A stretch of DNA of 64,000 nucleotides from Sphaerodactylus townsendi (Eukaryota). Both the position numbers and the translations under genes were made by a program. Below are positions 1 to 11,651 of the stretch, piece by piece. The notes beneath the pieces were generated by a model. It did not search any database and was not told where the DNA came from. It saw nothing but the letters and a program-made list of their open reading frames with translations. The stretch is from the NCBI RefSeq assembly GCF_021028975.2, contig NC_059431.1, positions 30,566,001 through 30,630,000 on the forward strand, in the 5' to 3' direction. Position 1 is the stretch's first letter. Each line of letters begins with the position of its first letter.

Positions 1-595
1 ATGGTGTCATTACCCAGTCATTATTCAGTAATTTACCTTCAGGATTTTTTTTTTCATCTGTAACATTTACTTCCCAGTTAATTAAAACCAAATTAAATGC
101 TCATGATGACTGAATTTGTCTTTTTAATGCCTGGAAGAGAAATGTGGGGATGCTTCTCACATATTAGCTCTGCACTAAATAACTGCAGTGCACACCAGAA
201 TATCTACTAACTCAACATGTCATTTTTACTTACTTCAAACAACATTGTAATTTTCTACCCTCTTTTATGTTTCCTCCTCTGCATGTAATGCAAGTACTGA
301 TACATTTGCCAGAAATCCCTTCGCCTTCAGATATATGACAGTGCAAACCTGATTCCATGATGCAATGTTTCATTAGCAATCCATGAAATGAATATTTGCG
401 TATCATGGATAAGTTCATTATGGAAAAAATGTGAGGCGGGGAGCCTCTTTCTCCTGACACATTTTTTGTCCATGCTGTCTGAACAAAAAAATGAGGGAGC
501 TTTTTAAAGATGCCCCCATCTTCGGGACATAGAAATTATTTGCTACTGGATTCCCTGTGTGGACAAGACAATCCAGTTGTGATTGACTGCTTTAT

Positions 596-1020
596 TTATT
601 TATTTAAAATATGTTTGTGCTACCTTTCCACCGAATCAGGGTCCACAAGGTGAGTAGCATTAAAACATTTAAATAATTAAAATACAGTGAAAATAATAAA
701 ATTCAATGAAAAGCACATAAACAAACCGTGCTAGAAGGAGGGACAATAACCATTATTGGGGGTATGCCAGACAAAACAAAAACGTCTTCGCTTCCTGGCA
801 AAAGACACCAACAGAGGGAGACCAATTAATCTCTCCAGAGAGGGAGTTCCAAAGTTTTGGTGCCATGACAGAAAAGGCCCTTTCTTGGGTTGCCACCCAT
901 CTAGCTTCAGATGGTGGGACAACTGAATAAGTGCCTCTGAGGACCACCTATGTGAGCAGGTAGGTTTATTGGGTGGAAGGTGGTTGTTGAGGTATACTAG
1001 TTGCAGGCTGTACAATGCTT
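596..1020 (-). mobile_element. L2-type LINE 3' fragment
   Basis: Minus-strand ORF 753-947 contains RAFSVMAPKLWNSL, the typical L2 ORF2 C-terminal motif. A (TAAA)n tail lies near 596. Boundaries are approximate. Confidence 0.7.
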
Positions 1021-1529
1021 AGTGCTATGAAAACACAATGTCAGCTGATATGTGCATAGAAATGGATGAGCATTCACATCTGTGATCTCCAGGTGCATAC
1101 TTCAGAGCTGATATCTCAGGAAGATCTTACATGTTCTTCCCCTTCTGCATTTAATCATTGTCCAGCAATTCTATGCTATACAGCAAAACCCAGAAGCCAA
1201 TGGCACATCTATTTTGGCCATAACATCCCTTTTTCAGCAGGTAAGTGGAACACCCCTTGAGCTACTGGATAATCTACCCACTGTACATCCTTTAAAAAAA
1301 ATTCTGCCTCTCTTACTTATGCTGTCTGCCAGAGCTTATCAAAATGTTTTAAAATCAACCAGCATCTAGTTTACAGATGTTCTTATGCTTTCTGTCAGAA
1401 CTGCCTTAATTTACACCACAAATAATAGTCCAACATTTTCATCACAAACATCCAGGACATGGGTGACAAGAATTCATGTCACTCCGCTGTCAGACAGATG
1501 CAACTATAAGGTTCCCAATCAACACGTAC

Positions 1530-1765
1530 CTGACAGATTCTGCAGCGGTGATTGCAATTAGCGGAAGAGTCCGGAGCGGAAGACTGGTGGGCCGTGCCAT
1601 GGCCTCTGAATCACCTTTCCTATCCCAATCTGCTTGTTCCAGCTGCCTGAATGCCAAAGGGGGAAGCTGGAGTGTACGACAGGAAAGTCTCCTGACCCGG
1701 TATTGCTCCAGTCCTTGGAGAGCCCCTTCCTCTTCATTATGGGGGAACAGAGTTTCTTCAGACAC
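1530..1765 (-). CDS. PDE4D: Internal coding exon of a long-form cAMP-specific phosphodiesterase 4 (PDE4D7-type N-terminal exon)
   Basis: Translation VSEETLFPHNEEEGALQGLEQYRVRRLSCRTLQLPPLAFRQLEQADWDRKGDSEAMARPTSLPLRTLPLIAITAAES resembles human PDE4D7 as I recall it (SEETL..NEEE..VRRLSCRNIQLPPLAFRQLEQAD..RPTSLPL..LPLIAITSAES). Acceptor tttctttgttgttatag|GTG (phase 0) and donor AG|gtacgt (phase 2) give a 236-nt exon. A PDE4 paralogue cannot be fully excluded. Confidence 0.8.
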
Positions 1766-3345
1766 CTATAACAACAAAGAAATATGTCATGGGCTCCATC
1801 CATCATTCTTCACACATGTTTTGTTAGCAAAGTATTACAAGAAAGGGCAACTAAAAGCCCAGTTTTAATCACACACTTTCATAGCACTGACTAAAATGGG
1901 ATTCTGTTCCATGCCAGTGTGATTTTAAAAAAACAGTCGAAGAAAAAGCAAAGGTGATGCCATTGTCACTATCACGGCCCTGAAAGAGCCCTTTGTAAAG
2001 TACCTCTGGGCCAGGAAACACATGAAGTATTAACCATAGCAAAACCAGCTGCTGGAATTGTGTTATAATTCATATTCTCTCATTGGTTAACTGTTTAAGT
2101 TAATGGTCAGCCTAAAAATCTGTGGCCACTAAAGACAGCACTAAGTTGCAAAGCACTTTCGTGTATTCAAGCCATATAGGTCTGTGGCTTGAGGAATATT
2201 TAACCACCAATGTTCCTTGGTGTTTATGGCATGTTTATGGATTCCTGAAAACTCAGGTAGCACTGCAGCAACTCCTCTATTGAGATTTGTGAACATTATA
2301 ACCTGTACATAGACCTATAAACCCATCTGTCATTCCTCCACAAATTCTAGGCTAGAATATTATTCTAATACCTGCAAATGGCCCTGGTGTAAATAAAGAA
2401 ACTTCAACTGGAGCAGAATGCACCAGCTCATCGTTCCAACACTGCTAATGGCCATCCACAGACTATCTTGGCAGAAAACCCATCTACACCTTCCTCCAGT
2501 CCAAAGCACAAGCTCCTGTCTCATATTTGCTACCAACAAACACCAACATGCACAATGCGAAGTGGTGGTTCAACAGGATAGAAATATATTTTACAAAATC
2601 ATCTGTGCTATGTGAATTTTAGCTGACAGGATAAAACTGTGAGGTAGCTACAGTCCATGGAAGCCTGATGGGGAAAAAATGATGATCACTGTGCCACTGG
2701 ACTTCCAGAGAAGTAGAACCATTTCCATCAGGCTCACAATTTTCCTACTCAGCTTAGCTTAATCTTTAAAAAAAAACTATAGTTTAAAAGCAAAACTTAA
2801 AAAAAACCAGATAAGCACTTTATCATTGTTCAGTCAAAGTCTAGCCAAGGGCAGGTTTGGAATTATGATAGGTTTGCTGATCATGTAATCTAAATCTAGG
2901 ACATTGAAATCATTTTAAAAGATTTCTTGATTCTCAGCTTTTTTGTGTTTATTCATGTTAAAAGGAAGACAAAAACCTCTTGTCCTGCAAATGAGAACAT
3001 TTCCTTTGCTAAATAACTCCATCCTCTTATCAACAAGCTTGTTTCTTCTGAAATACATGAGAAAGTGAGAAAGACAGCTCCCCCTCCCCCAACCCTTTTC
3101 TGCCTGTGAAAGTGCAGGCCCTTCCTGCTGCCCTTCCTGCTGCCACACCATGATTGCCCCATTCACACCAAACACCAACTTGGAAGGTTTAAAAAAAAGG
3201 AGTGGACAAATTCATGGAGGACTGAGCTGTCAACAGCTGCTAATCATGACAGATACCTACGTCCTCTAGTACCAGTAATATGCTTTTTAAAATCAATTGT
3301 GGGAAGGTATTCCACACAGCTTTTTCCTCAAAAAATCCTCAGGAC

Positions 3346-6300
3346 CACAGGTGTCAAACTCGTGGCCCTCCAGATGTTATGGACTACAGTTCCCATGATC
3401 CCCTTCCAGCATGATAGATAGGCTGTTAGACAGTGCTGGGGTGGAGTCAGCAGTTGTGGTCCACATTGGTACCAATGACATTGGGAAATGTAGCCGGGAG
3501 GTTCTGGAAGCTAAATTTAGGCTGCTAGGAAACAGGTTAAAATCCAGGACCCCCAAGGTGGCATTCTCTGAAATGCTACCTGTTCCACGCCAAGAGGGCT
3601 TAGCCAGGGGCAAGCCGGAGATACAGGGTCTCAATGCGTGCGGATGAGAAGGTGGGTGGTGCAAGGCAGAGGGCGTTTCCAGCTTTCTATTGTCAGGAAC
3701 TGGGGAACCTTTTGGGATAAGCAAGCGCAGGCCTGGTACACAAAAGCGGGACGCGGGCTTCATCTTAACTGCTAAAGAGGGAACCAGGGTTGCTGGCCAA
3801 CATTAAAAAAAAGGTGGCAGAACAGCTTTTAAACTGGATCCCTGGGGGAAAGCCAGACAGGAGCTGAGGTGAGACTTCGTCTGGAATACAGAGTCCATGG
3901 GGATGCAGACAGAGAGGGAGGTTTTTTCTAAATCAAACCACATTCACAAGTGAGGAGCACAGCAATAATGATAAGGGATAGTGTCTACAAAAGGCTAGGA
4001 GGGCAAACACACATAAATCCCCAGGTTAGGGACAGAAACAGAGGTATACAAGTGTCTCTATGCTACTATGTAGAAGCAGCTCTCAACCTAAAATGGGGGG
4101 AGCTGGAGTACAGAGTTTTGAAGGAGGACATTGATATAGTGGGCATCACAGGAGACATAGGGTGGAATGAGGGAGAACCAGTGGGATGCTGTTATCCCAG
4201 GTTACAGGCTCTACAGGAAGCTGATAGGACAGGGCTGTATTGGGGGTGGGGTGGCCTCTCTACATCAAAAGAGAGCATAAAGCGTCACATAAAATAGACA
4301 ATGTGCAGGGGGGGAGCTTCGGTTCCTCTACAGAAGCAACTGTGGGATATCAATACCAGGTGAAGCATAGTTTAACATTAATAGGAATATATTATCGCCC
4401 CCCTGACCAAAAGCTAACACAAGAGGATTCTGAGATGGAAAAGAAATTAGAGAGGCCAACAAAAGGCAAAATGTCGTGGTAATGGGCGACGTAGAACTAT
4501 CCCCAGATAAAACTGGAAAAATGCATGTTCAGGTCATAGTAAGGAGAGAAACATTCCTGGATATGCTAAATGACTGTGGTTTAGAGCAGATGGTTGTAGA
4601 ACCAACCAGGAGAGATGTGATCCTAGATCTAATTCTATAGGGACCCAGGACCTGGCAAAGGGAAGTCAGTGTGCTGCTTGAGCCGAGGGGAACAGCCACC
4701 TCACAATGCTGTCAGATTCAGTATCTCTTGCATGCTTAACAAGTGACAACTACTAATGTAGTTACATTTGCCTTCAGAAAGGGAAATTTCTCAAAGAGGA
4801 GGGGATAGTGCGAGGAAGCTGAAAGGGAAAAAATCAAGGAGAGTCAAAAATGTCCAAGATGCTTGGAGGTTATTTAAAAACACAGTCTTAAAAAGTTTCA
4901 GCTTGGAATGTGTTCCTACAGGTTAGGAAAGGCAGCCAGCCCAGTCCAAAAGAAAAGCCACCAAGGGTTAACAACAAGGGACGCTGAGGAAATTATTAGG
5001 AAAAAAAAAAGATGTCTTTTAGAAAATGGAAGTCCAACTTAACTTCGATAAAGCATCACCAGAGAGAACACAAATGGTGGCAAAAAGAGAAGCAAGTTAG
5101 CTGTAAGGGAGGCAAAAGGATTATGAGGAACGATGGCTGTGAACATCAAGACCAGCAACAAACAGTTCTTCTGCTACATCAAAAGCAGGAAGCCAAAGGC
5201 GCGGGAAGCCGTAGGTCCCGCGATGACAAAGCCGAACAAAGGGTAAAAAGTGCTAAAAAGATGACAGGGTGATTGCAGAGAAGCTGAATGAATTCTTTGC
5301 ATCTGTCTTCACTCCAGAGGAGGTTAGGACCATTCCTGCACCTGAACCAAGCTTCTTGTGGAGGTGAATCCTGAGGAACCAATCTAAGATAGTGGTGGTG
5401 ACAAGGAAGAAGTTCTTGGCAGCCATTGATAAACTAAATGCTACCAAATCCCCTGGCCCAGGATTGCATTCAACCCAAGAGTTCTAAAGAGCTCAAGCAT
5501 GAAATTGTTGGATCTTCTCACTTTAATATGCAACTTATCCTTGAAATTGTGCTCCATCCCTGAAGACTGAAGATACTAATGTCACACCAATCTTTAAGAA
5601 AAGGAACTAGGGGGACCCGGAAATTACAGGCCAGGGGCCGCTTGACATCTGTTCCTGGTAAATTAGCAGAATCTGTCATTAAAGATGTACTATAAAACAT
5701 GTACAAAAGCAAGACCTGCTGAGAAAGAGTCAGCATGGCTTTTGTGTAGAGGCAACTCTGGTCTTACAAACTTCTACTTAGAGTTCTTTGAGGATGTAAA
5801 CAGGGTATACGTGGATAAGGGGGAACCAGTGGAGCATGGTTCACTTGGATTTCCAAAAGGCTTTGACAAAGTTCCTCACCAGAGACTATTTGAGAAAACT
5901 CTGCAATCAAGGAATAAGAGGGGAAGGATCCCTCCTATGGATTAAAAAACTGGTTGAGAAACATGGTTAAAACAAAGAGTGGGTGTAAATGGGAAATTCC
6001 CACAATGGAGAGATGTCGGAGTGGTAATGTCCCCTAAGGATCCCAGTATTGGGACCTCAGTGCTCTTTAACCTATCATTCATAAATGAGACCTGGAAGTA
6101 GGTGGGTAGTGTGGTGGGCCAAGTTTGCAGATGATACCAAATTATGGTAGGGTGGTGAGGACCACAAAGGATTACGCAGTGAGCTCCAAGCTGACCTTTG
6201 ATAAATTAGGCAGAGTGGGCTAAGAAATGGCAAATGCAGTTCAATGTAGCAAAATGCAAAGTGATGCACATAGGGCAAAAAAAATCCAAACTTCTTACAT

Positions 6301-7243
6301 ACACGCTTACAGGGTCAGTGCTTATCAGTCACAGACCAGGAAAGGGATTTGGGCGCCTTAGCTGGATAGTTCCATGGGAATGTCAACTCCAATGGCTGGC
6401 AGCTGTGAAAAAGGCAAACTCTAAGTGCTGGGGATAATTAGGAAAGGAATTCGATAATAAAATTGCAAAGATTGTCACGTCTTTATATAAAAGTCATCGA
6501 AGCGACCGCGAGACTTGGAGTAATTTCCTGTAGTTCGAAGTTCTGGTCGCCAAGCATCTCAAAAAAAGGATATTGAAGAGATAGAAAAGTGCGAGAGCAA
6601 GGGCAACGAGGATGATTGAGGGACTGGAGCACCTTCCTTACGAGGAAAGGCTGCAGCCGCTTGGGGACTCTTTAGTTTGGAGAGGAGATCGCCTGAGGGG
6701 GGATATGATTAGAAGTTCATAAAATTATGCATGGGGTAGGTAACATCGTTGACAGAGAGAAATTTTCTCTTTCAACAATAATTAGAACCAGGGGCATTCA
6801 TTGAAAATGCTGGGGAAGAATTAGGACTAATAAAAGGAAACACTTCTTCAACGCTAAATTGTGATTGGTGTTTGGAATATGCTGCCACAGGAGGTGGTGA
6901 TGGCCACTAACCTGGATAGCTTTAAAAGGGGCTTGGACAGATTTATGGAGAAGAAGTAGATTTATGGCTACCAATCTTGATCCTCTTTGATCTGAGATTG
7001 CAAATGCCTTAACAGTCCAGGTGCTCGGGAGCAACAGCCGCAGAAGGCCATTGCTTTCACATCCTACATGTGAACTCCCAAAGGCACCTGGTGGGCCACT
7101 GCGAGTAGCAGAGAGCTGGACTAGATGGACTCTGGTCTGATCCAGCTGGCTTGTTCTTATGTTCTTATGTTCTTATGATGCTGACAGGGGATGATGGGAG
7201 CTGTAGTCCATAACATCTGGAGGCCACGAGTTTGACACCTATG
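3346..7243. mobile_element. Palindromic non-autonomous hAT MITE (~135 bp) split by a CR1 insertion
   Basis: TIRs cacaggtgtcaaac / gtttgacacctatg. Perfect 8-bp TSD ctcaggac at 3338-3345 and 7244-7251. An uninterrupted copy lies at 63694-63828. Confidence 0.9.
3414..7177 (+). mobile_element. CR1 LINE, 5'-truncated within ORF1 (SGNH esterase), followed by ORF2 (APE + RT) with many frameshifts
   Basis: ORF1 fragment VVVHIGTNDIG (SGNH block III). ORF2 fragments include DIVGIT, IGIYYRPP, FDKVPH, gcagatgataccaaa (ADDTK) and MQFNVAKCKVMH. The 3' tail is (TTCTTATG)n at 7154-7177. Confidence 0.93.
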
Positions 7244-7922
7244 CTCAGGACATTTTATATTGGCTCAACCTGGTTTTAAAAAAAACGCTGAACAAGCTAT
7301 TTTTCCCCTAAAGTCGGCATAGTCATCTCCTGCTTGTCATACAGAGCTCAGGAAATGACTTATTTCTCCTGCACAATCACACAGCTCTCACTTTCGGTTT
7401 CTGTCTTCATCAGAAATCAAACATTTTGGTTGGCTAATTCCTTCTTATTGTTATTAGCCATTTGCTAAGCACTGAATAAGCGCCTGCCAGCATCACTGCT
7501 GGTTGTTTTTTTTTATAAAGTGCCATATAATTCGCACTAGTGTTTCCTGCCAATTCTGGCAATATATAGCTTTCTGTTTTCTTTTTTTGTTTTTAATTTT
7601 CCACGACGTGATTCCCATATTGTGTGTTTATGTCTTTGAAGACATCTCATCAAAAAATTTAAAAAACAAAAAACTATATATTGCCGGAATCAACAGGAAA
7701 CACTAAGTTGAATCATGTACTTTATAAGCTAAAGAAGGGGACAGCAGCGATGCCTGCAGAGCAAATGTTCTGGGGCTTAGCAAATGGCTGGTGGCACAGA
7801 GGAGTTAATGGGCAGAAAACAGCAGATGCGAGCATGGAAATGGGTTTTTTAAAGATGTCCCCAGGACATCTTATCTTGGTTGTGTGGAAAAGATCCATTT
7901 GTCTCCATTTGTTTGGCTCTTA

Positions 7923-8073
7923 GGCCCCTTCCGCACATGCAGAATAACGCACTTTCAGTCCACTTTCACAACTGTTTGCATGTGGATTTTGCTATTCCGC
8001 ACAGTAAAATCCAGCTGCAAAGTACATTGAAAGTGGATTGAAAGTGCATTATTCTGCATGTGCGGAAGGGGCC
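7923..8073. mobile_element. Palindromic MITE, PIF/Harbinger-like
   Basis: Long TIRs ggccccttccgcacatgcagaataa / ttattctgcatgtgcggaaggggcc, flanked by tta and taa. A second copy lies at 20242-20382. Confidence 0.75.
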
Positions 8074-9317
8074 TAAATAGTTGCTCTTTTCTAAACCTTC
8101 AACAGGTCAACATCCATTTTGATGCAACTGCATCTGCTGTTTCCCAGCACTGAATTTGTCTTTTTCACAGGGGCAGCAGGGCATGCTGCATGGGTTGGCT
8201 GGGAACCTTCTGAGAGAGATTAATATGCTATTTCCGCATCACCCAGCATGCTTGTCACAAATCAACACAAATCTACACCCCACACCTTGTCCTATGTGCT
8301 GTAGCCCTCCCATGGATCTGACCCTGAGCTGGGCCCAATCAATCTTGCTGGCAGCCCCAGTGAGCATTATGCAACATAGTGCATTCCTGTTCCAAGTCCT
8401 TGGGATTCATGAGAGAAAAGAGATGAATTTAAATCACCAGTTTGGAGGGCAACAAAATCACACTTCCTCTGTTTGAATGACACAGCTGGTATTGCCTGCA
8501 AACCAATTCACAGAAGTTAACAGCTGAGAAGGGGTGTTTGCTTACATAAACTTCCCACTGTGCACCGCTTTCTTCTTTTCACACTACTGTCATGCTCCAT
8601 GAAAGTTAACCTTACCCAAGCACTAAAAAGGGAGAATATGATGATAGTGCATTAACTATAATGAGAATCATTTCCCAGGACAAATCATTCCTTCCATTTA
8701 ACCAGGAAAAAAATGGACAGCTGCTTGTTTGCCCTACCGGTATATTATGCAAATATGCAATTTCCACCTTTCCTTATCAGGCTATGACAATCACATGCAC
8801 TCCCGTGCCCACAGTTCAAGTTTGCAAGGAGCCACCCAAGACACACGGGGAAGGAAGGAGCTGTGGTTGCCTACATACAGTTGTGGATTCAGGCCCTACA
8901 ATCTTCACAAAATGCCTGGAAACCCCTTTCCCTGCCTGAGATCCCAGAGAGTCACTATTAGTCAGAACAGGCAGTGCAAAGCTAGATGAACCAATGGTCT
9001 GACTCTGTCCAAGGAATCTTCATGTGTTCATCAAGAAGAAAACAAACAATTAAATGAAAAGTGACATTTGTGTCTTGCAAACAGGGGTCCATTCTTCACA
9101 GCACAAATAAAAATGTCCTGAGGACAGTAAAAGAAGCGTTTTGGGGAGAAAGCGCGGCCGCGGCTTACCCGCAGGCCGCCGTTGCGGGCCGGACGGGACC
9201 CGGCTCAGGCGGCGCCGCCCGGTCAGGGCAATGGCGTGGCCTCAGAGCACGGTCGCGCATGCACGTTGGCCGGGCTCTGGCAGGCCGCGTCATATGCAGG
9301 CGCCAGCAGGCGCTTGC

Positions 9318-9323
9318 ATATAA
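9318..9323 (+). promoter_or_regulatory. Candidate TATA box of the element's 5' module
   Basis: atataa in an otherwise very GC-rich 5' terminal region, upstream of gag. Confidence 0.45.
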
Positions 9324-10145
9324 GGAGGCGGCCTCGTGGGCGAGCCCAGTCTCGCCCAGGACGCCGGAACGCGAAGATCGTCGCTGGATCGCTCAGCCGG
9401 GTGGGTCCTTACAGAAGACGGGGTCGGGTCTTCATTCACTGGGCTTCACAACGCCCCCCCCCCCCCGCGCGCAACTTGCGGCTGCGGCTTTCTTCTCCGG
9501 CGGCAGCCGGGTAAGCCGGTGGCGGGGCCTTGGGGGCTTCCCCGACAACGCAGCTTTGCGGGGCCTCCACTGAGCCTCCCCTACTCCCCGGACGGCATTG
9601 GTGCAGGATTTTCGGGCCGAGCCGGGCCTTGCGCCCCCCCCCCCGCGACATTAGAGGGCTCCCCCCCGGCGTTGCCCGCATGTTTTTTGGCTGGAGGAGC
9701 GGCGCCCGTTCACCCGGCCGACTGGTCGGGTCCCTGGAAGGGACCTCAAAGTAAACGGGGCGTGGGAGTTTCCCCCGCCTGGCATCCGCCGCTCCCGCCC
9801 TCAGCCCGGCGGCCCGGCAGACGCGGCCCAGCTGGGGTTGGGGAGGGGACCTACTTTGGGGATCCCCCGAGTGGTGCTCTGCGGCAGGGGCGGATCTTTA
9901 CCCTTCCACTGGTTTCTACTTCATCGGCGGCTCGTGGCAATATCACGCGCGGTAGACTGGCGCGAGGTTAACCGCAGCTTCTTTCTCAATTTCTCCTCAG
10001 ATATTTAGCACTGCAGTGCTTGGCGCAGGTGGCTCGCGAGAGTCATAGGTTGGTGGGTTGAGGGCTCAGGTGCTCCTAGTGGGTCGGTGTCCCCCAACTC
10101 AGCTTAGTATTTTCTGTTCACTGTCCCAGTTTTCATAACCGGGCA

Positions 10146-11651
10146 ATGGCACCCAAGAAAGGGGAGCAGCGTGCGCCCTCCACTAGTGGCCGGGGCACTA
10201 GGACTAGTGCCCGGCGCGCCGTGGCCTCTAAGGGTGACCGGCAGCGGGCGGTGGGTGAGGCGGCGTCCCGTAAGGCCAGCACGAGAGCAGGCAGTCCCGC
10301 CACGGGGCAGAGCAAGGGGCGCTCTTCCAGCACCACAGCCCGGAATAAGGCCACCCCGGCCCATTCAGGGCCCAAGACCGCTTCCAAGGCCCAGGCCGCG
10401 AAACCTGCACCTAATAGGGGCGCGGCAGGCACAAGAGGGGCCCCTAGTTCCAAGTGGCCTAGGCGCTCGGATGCTGAGCTGTCCCAGCGGCCCCCCCCGT
10501 CAGGGGCTGCAGATGTCAGCAGCCTCATCTTTAGGAATTTGGCGGACACCTTTAGCCAGCTGGCCCAAGGGGCACCTGGGGGGCCTGCTGCCTCCTTTGC
10601 ATCTACGTCAGCGGCCCCGCAGCGCAGGGTGGGACCCCCGCGGGGGCAAGGGAGTGGTACTTCCTTGCAGGTTGTCGAGGAGGAGGGGGCGGTGACCTCG
10701 GCATCTGAAGGGGAGTCTGACGAGAGGGGGTCAGTCGTTCACCCACCGCGTAAGAAGAATCGGAAGTCGCGGAGACGTCGGTCGTCACGCCGCAGAGACT
10801 CTTCATCTTCATCGAGTGAGTATTCCTCAGACGAGGACTCCCTTCATGAGGATGGCGCCTTTTGGGAAAACAGGGCAACCATCCCCATGCTGCCACCTTG
10901 TCTCAGCAGTCGCAGGGATAAGAGCCTGGGCTTTCCGGAGGGGGCCACCCCTCCCCCCGCCCCCTTTTCGGGCACCAAAACCGTTAAAAATCCCCCAGGT
11001 CGCCATCTCACCAAGAAATTGAAGGAGAGGGCACTCAATGGCTACTACGTGGATGTGTTTGACTTCATTCGCCCAGGGTCCTCACCAGGAACCACTGGCC
11101 CCTCCCCGGCCACCGCCAAAAAAGGGAGGAGGGTGGAACGGTCATTTGACAACTGGCTTTCTGGTTTTGGGGAGTACATGGCCTTGATTGCGGCGGCTTA
11201 CCCGCTGAGGGCCTGGCAGCTGGGGGCCCACCAGTGTCACGTTTTGAGAGCCAGGGTCATCGGGGGTGACTTGGCGGCGATTACTTATGATGAAGAGTGC
11301 CGCAGGGCGGTGTCTGACACCAGTAACATCAGGTTGGACACGATCAATAGTGAGGCCTGGACGACCATGGTCCAGCCCTTCGCACGTTCCCAGAGTCAGG
11401 GTTTTAAAAGGAGGGGCAATTTCAGGGGCGATGGCCCCCGCCTGGTTTGCTGGGAGTATAACCAGGGCAGGTGCCAGAGACAAAAATGTAAGTTTGAGCA
11501 CTCATGTGAATCCTGCTTCGGTCCGCACACCAGGCTGGCCTGCCCGAAGGGGAGGAAATTACAGCCCTTTCGTGGAGCCCGGCCCTCTGCCAACTCAGTT
11601 CCTAGGAAGGATGGGGGGTCAGGCCCGCCTGCAGCACCCAGTTCTGCCTAG
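10146..11651 (+). CDS. gag: Gag-like ORF1 (501 aa)
   Basis: ATG in good context (gcaATGg). Low-complexity N-terminus with a basic/Ser-acidic tract, then a DIRS/Ngaro gag-like core (GYYVDVF..SFDNWLSGF..YDEECRR). C-terminal Cys/His finger CWEYNQGRCQRQKCKFEHSCESCFGPH..C. Confidence 0.85.
   Translation: MAPKKGEQRAPSTSGRGTRTSARRAVASKGDRQRAVGEAASRKASTRAGSPATGQSKGRSSSTTARNKATPAHSGPKTASKAQAAKPAPNRGAAGTRGAPSSKWPRRSDAELSQRPPPSGAADVSSLIFRNLADTFSQLAQGAPGGPAASFASTSAAPQRRVGPPRGQGSGTSLQVVEEEGAVTSASEGESDERGSVVHPPRKKNRKSRRRRSSRRRDSSSSSSEYSSDEDSLHEDGAFWENRATIPMLPPCLSSRRDKSLGFPEGATPPPAPFSGTKTVKNPPGRHLTKKLKERALNGYYVDVFDFIRPGSSPGTTGPSPATAKKGRRVERSFDNWLSGFGEYMALIAAAYPLRAWQLGAHQCHVLRARVIGGDLAAITYDEECRRAVSDTSNIRLDTINSEAWTTMVQPFARSQSQGFKRRGNFRGDGPRLVCWEYNQGRCQRQKCKFEHSCESCFGPHTRLACPKGRKLQPFRGARPSANSVPRKDGGSGPPAAPSSA

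Noticed and set aside
9141-9151. ttggggagaaa as the element's 5' terminus
   Set aside because: It joins with ctccacacacc.. after 15286 to rebuild a host repeat similar to ~40840-40940, so it is probably flank.
9061-9971. Long ORFs (170 and 211 aa) upstream of gag
   Set aside because: Non-ATG starts, Gly/Pro/Arg/Ala-rich and no motifs. Expected by chance in a GC-rich leader.
11396-11412. Slippery site ggttttaaaag for gag-pol frameshifting
   Set aside because: Pol is +1 relative to gag, and the heptamer is not in X XXY YYZ register.
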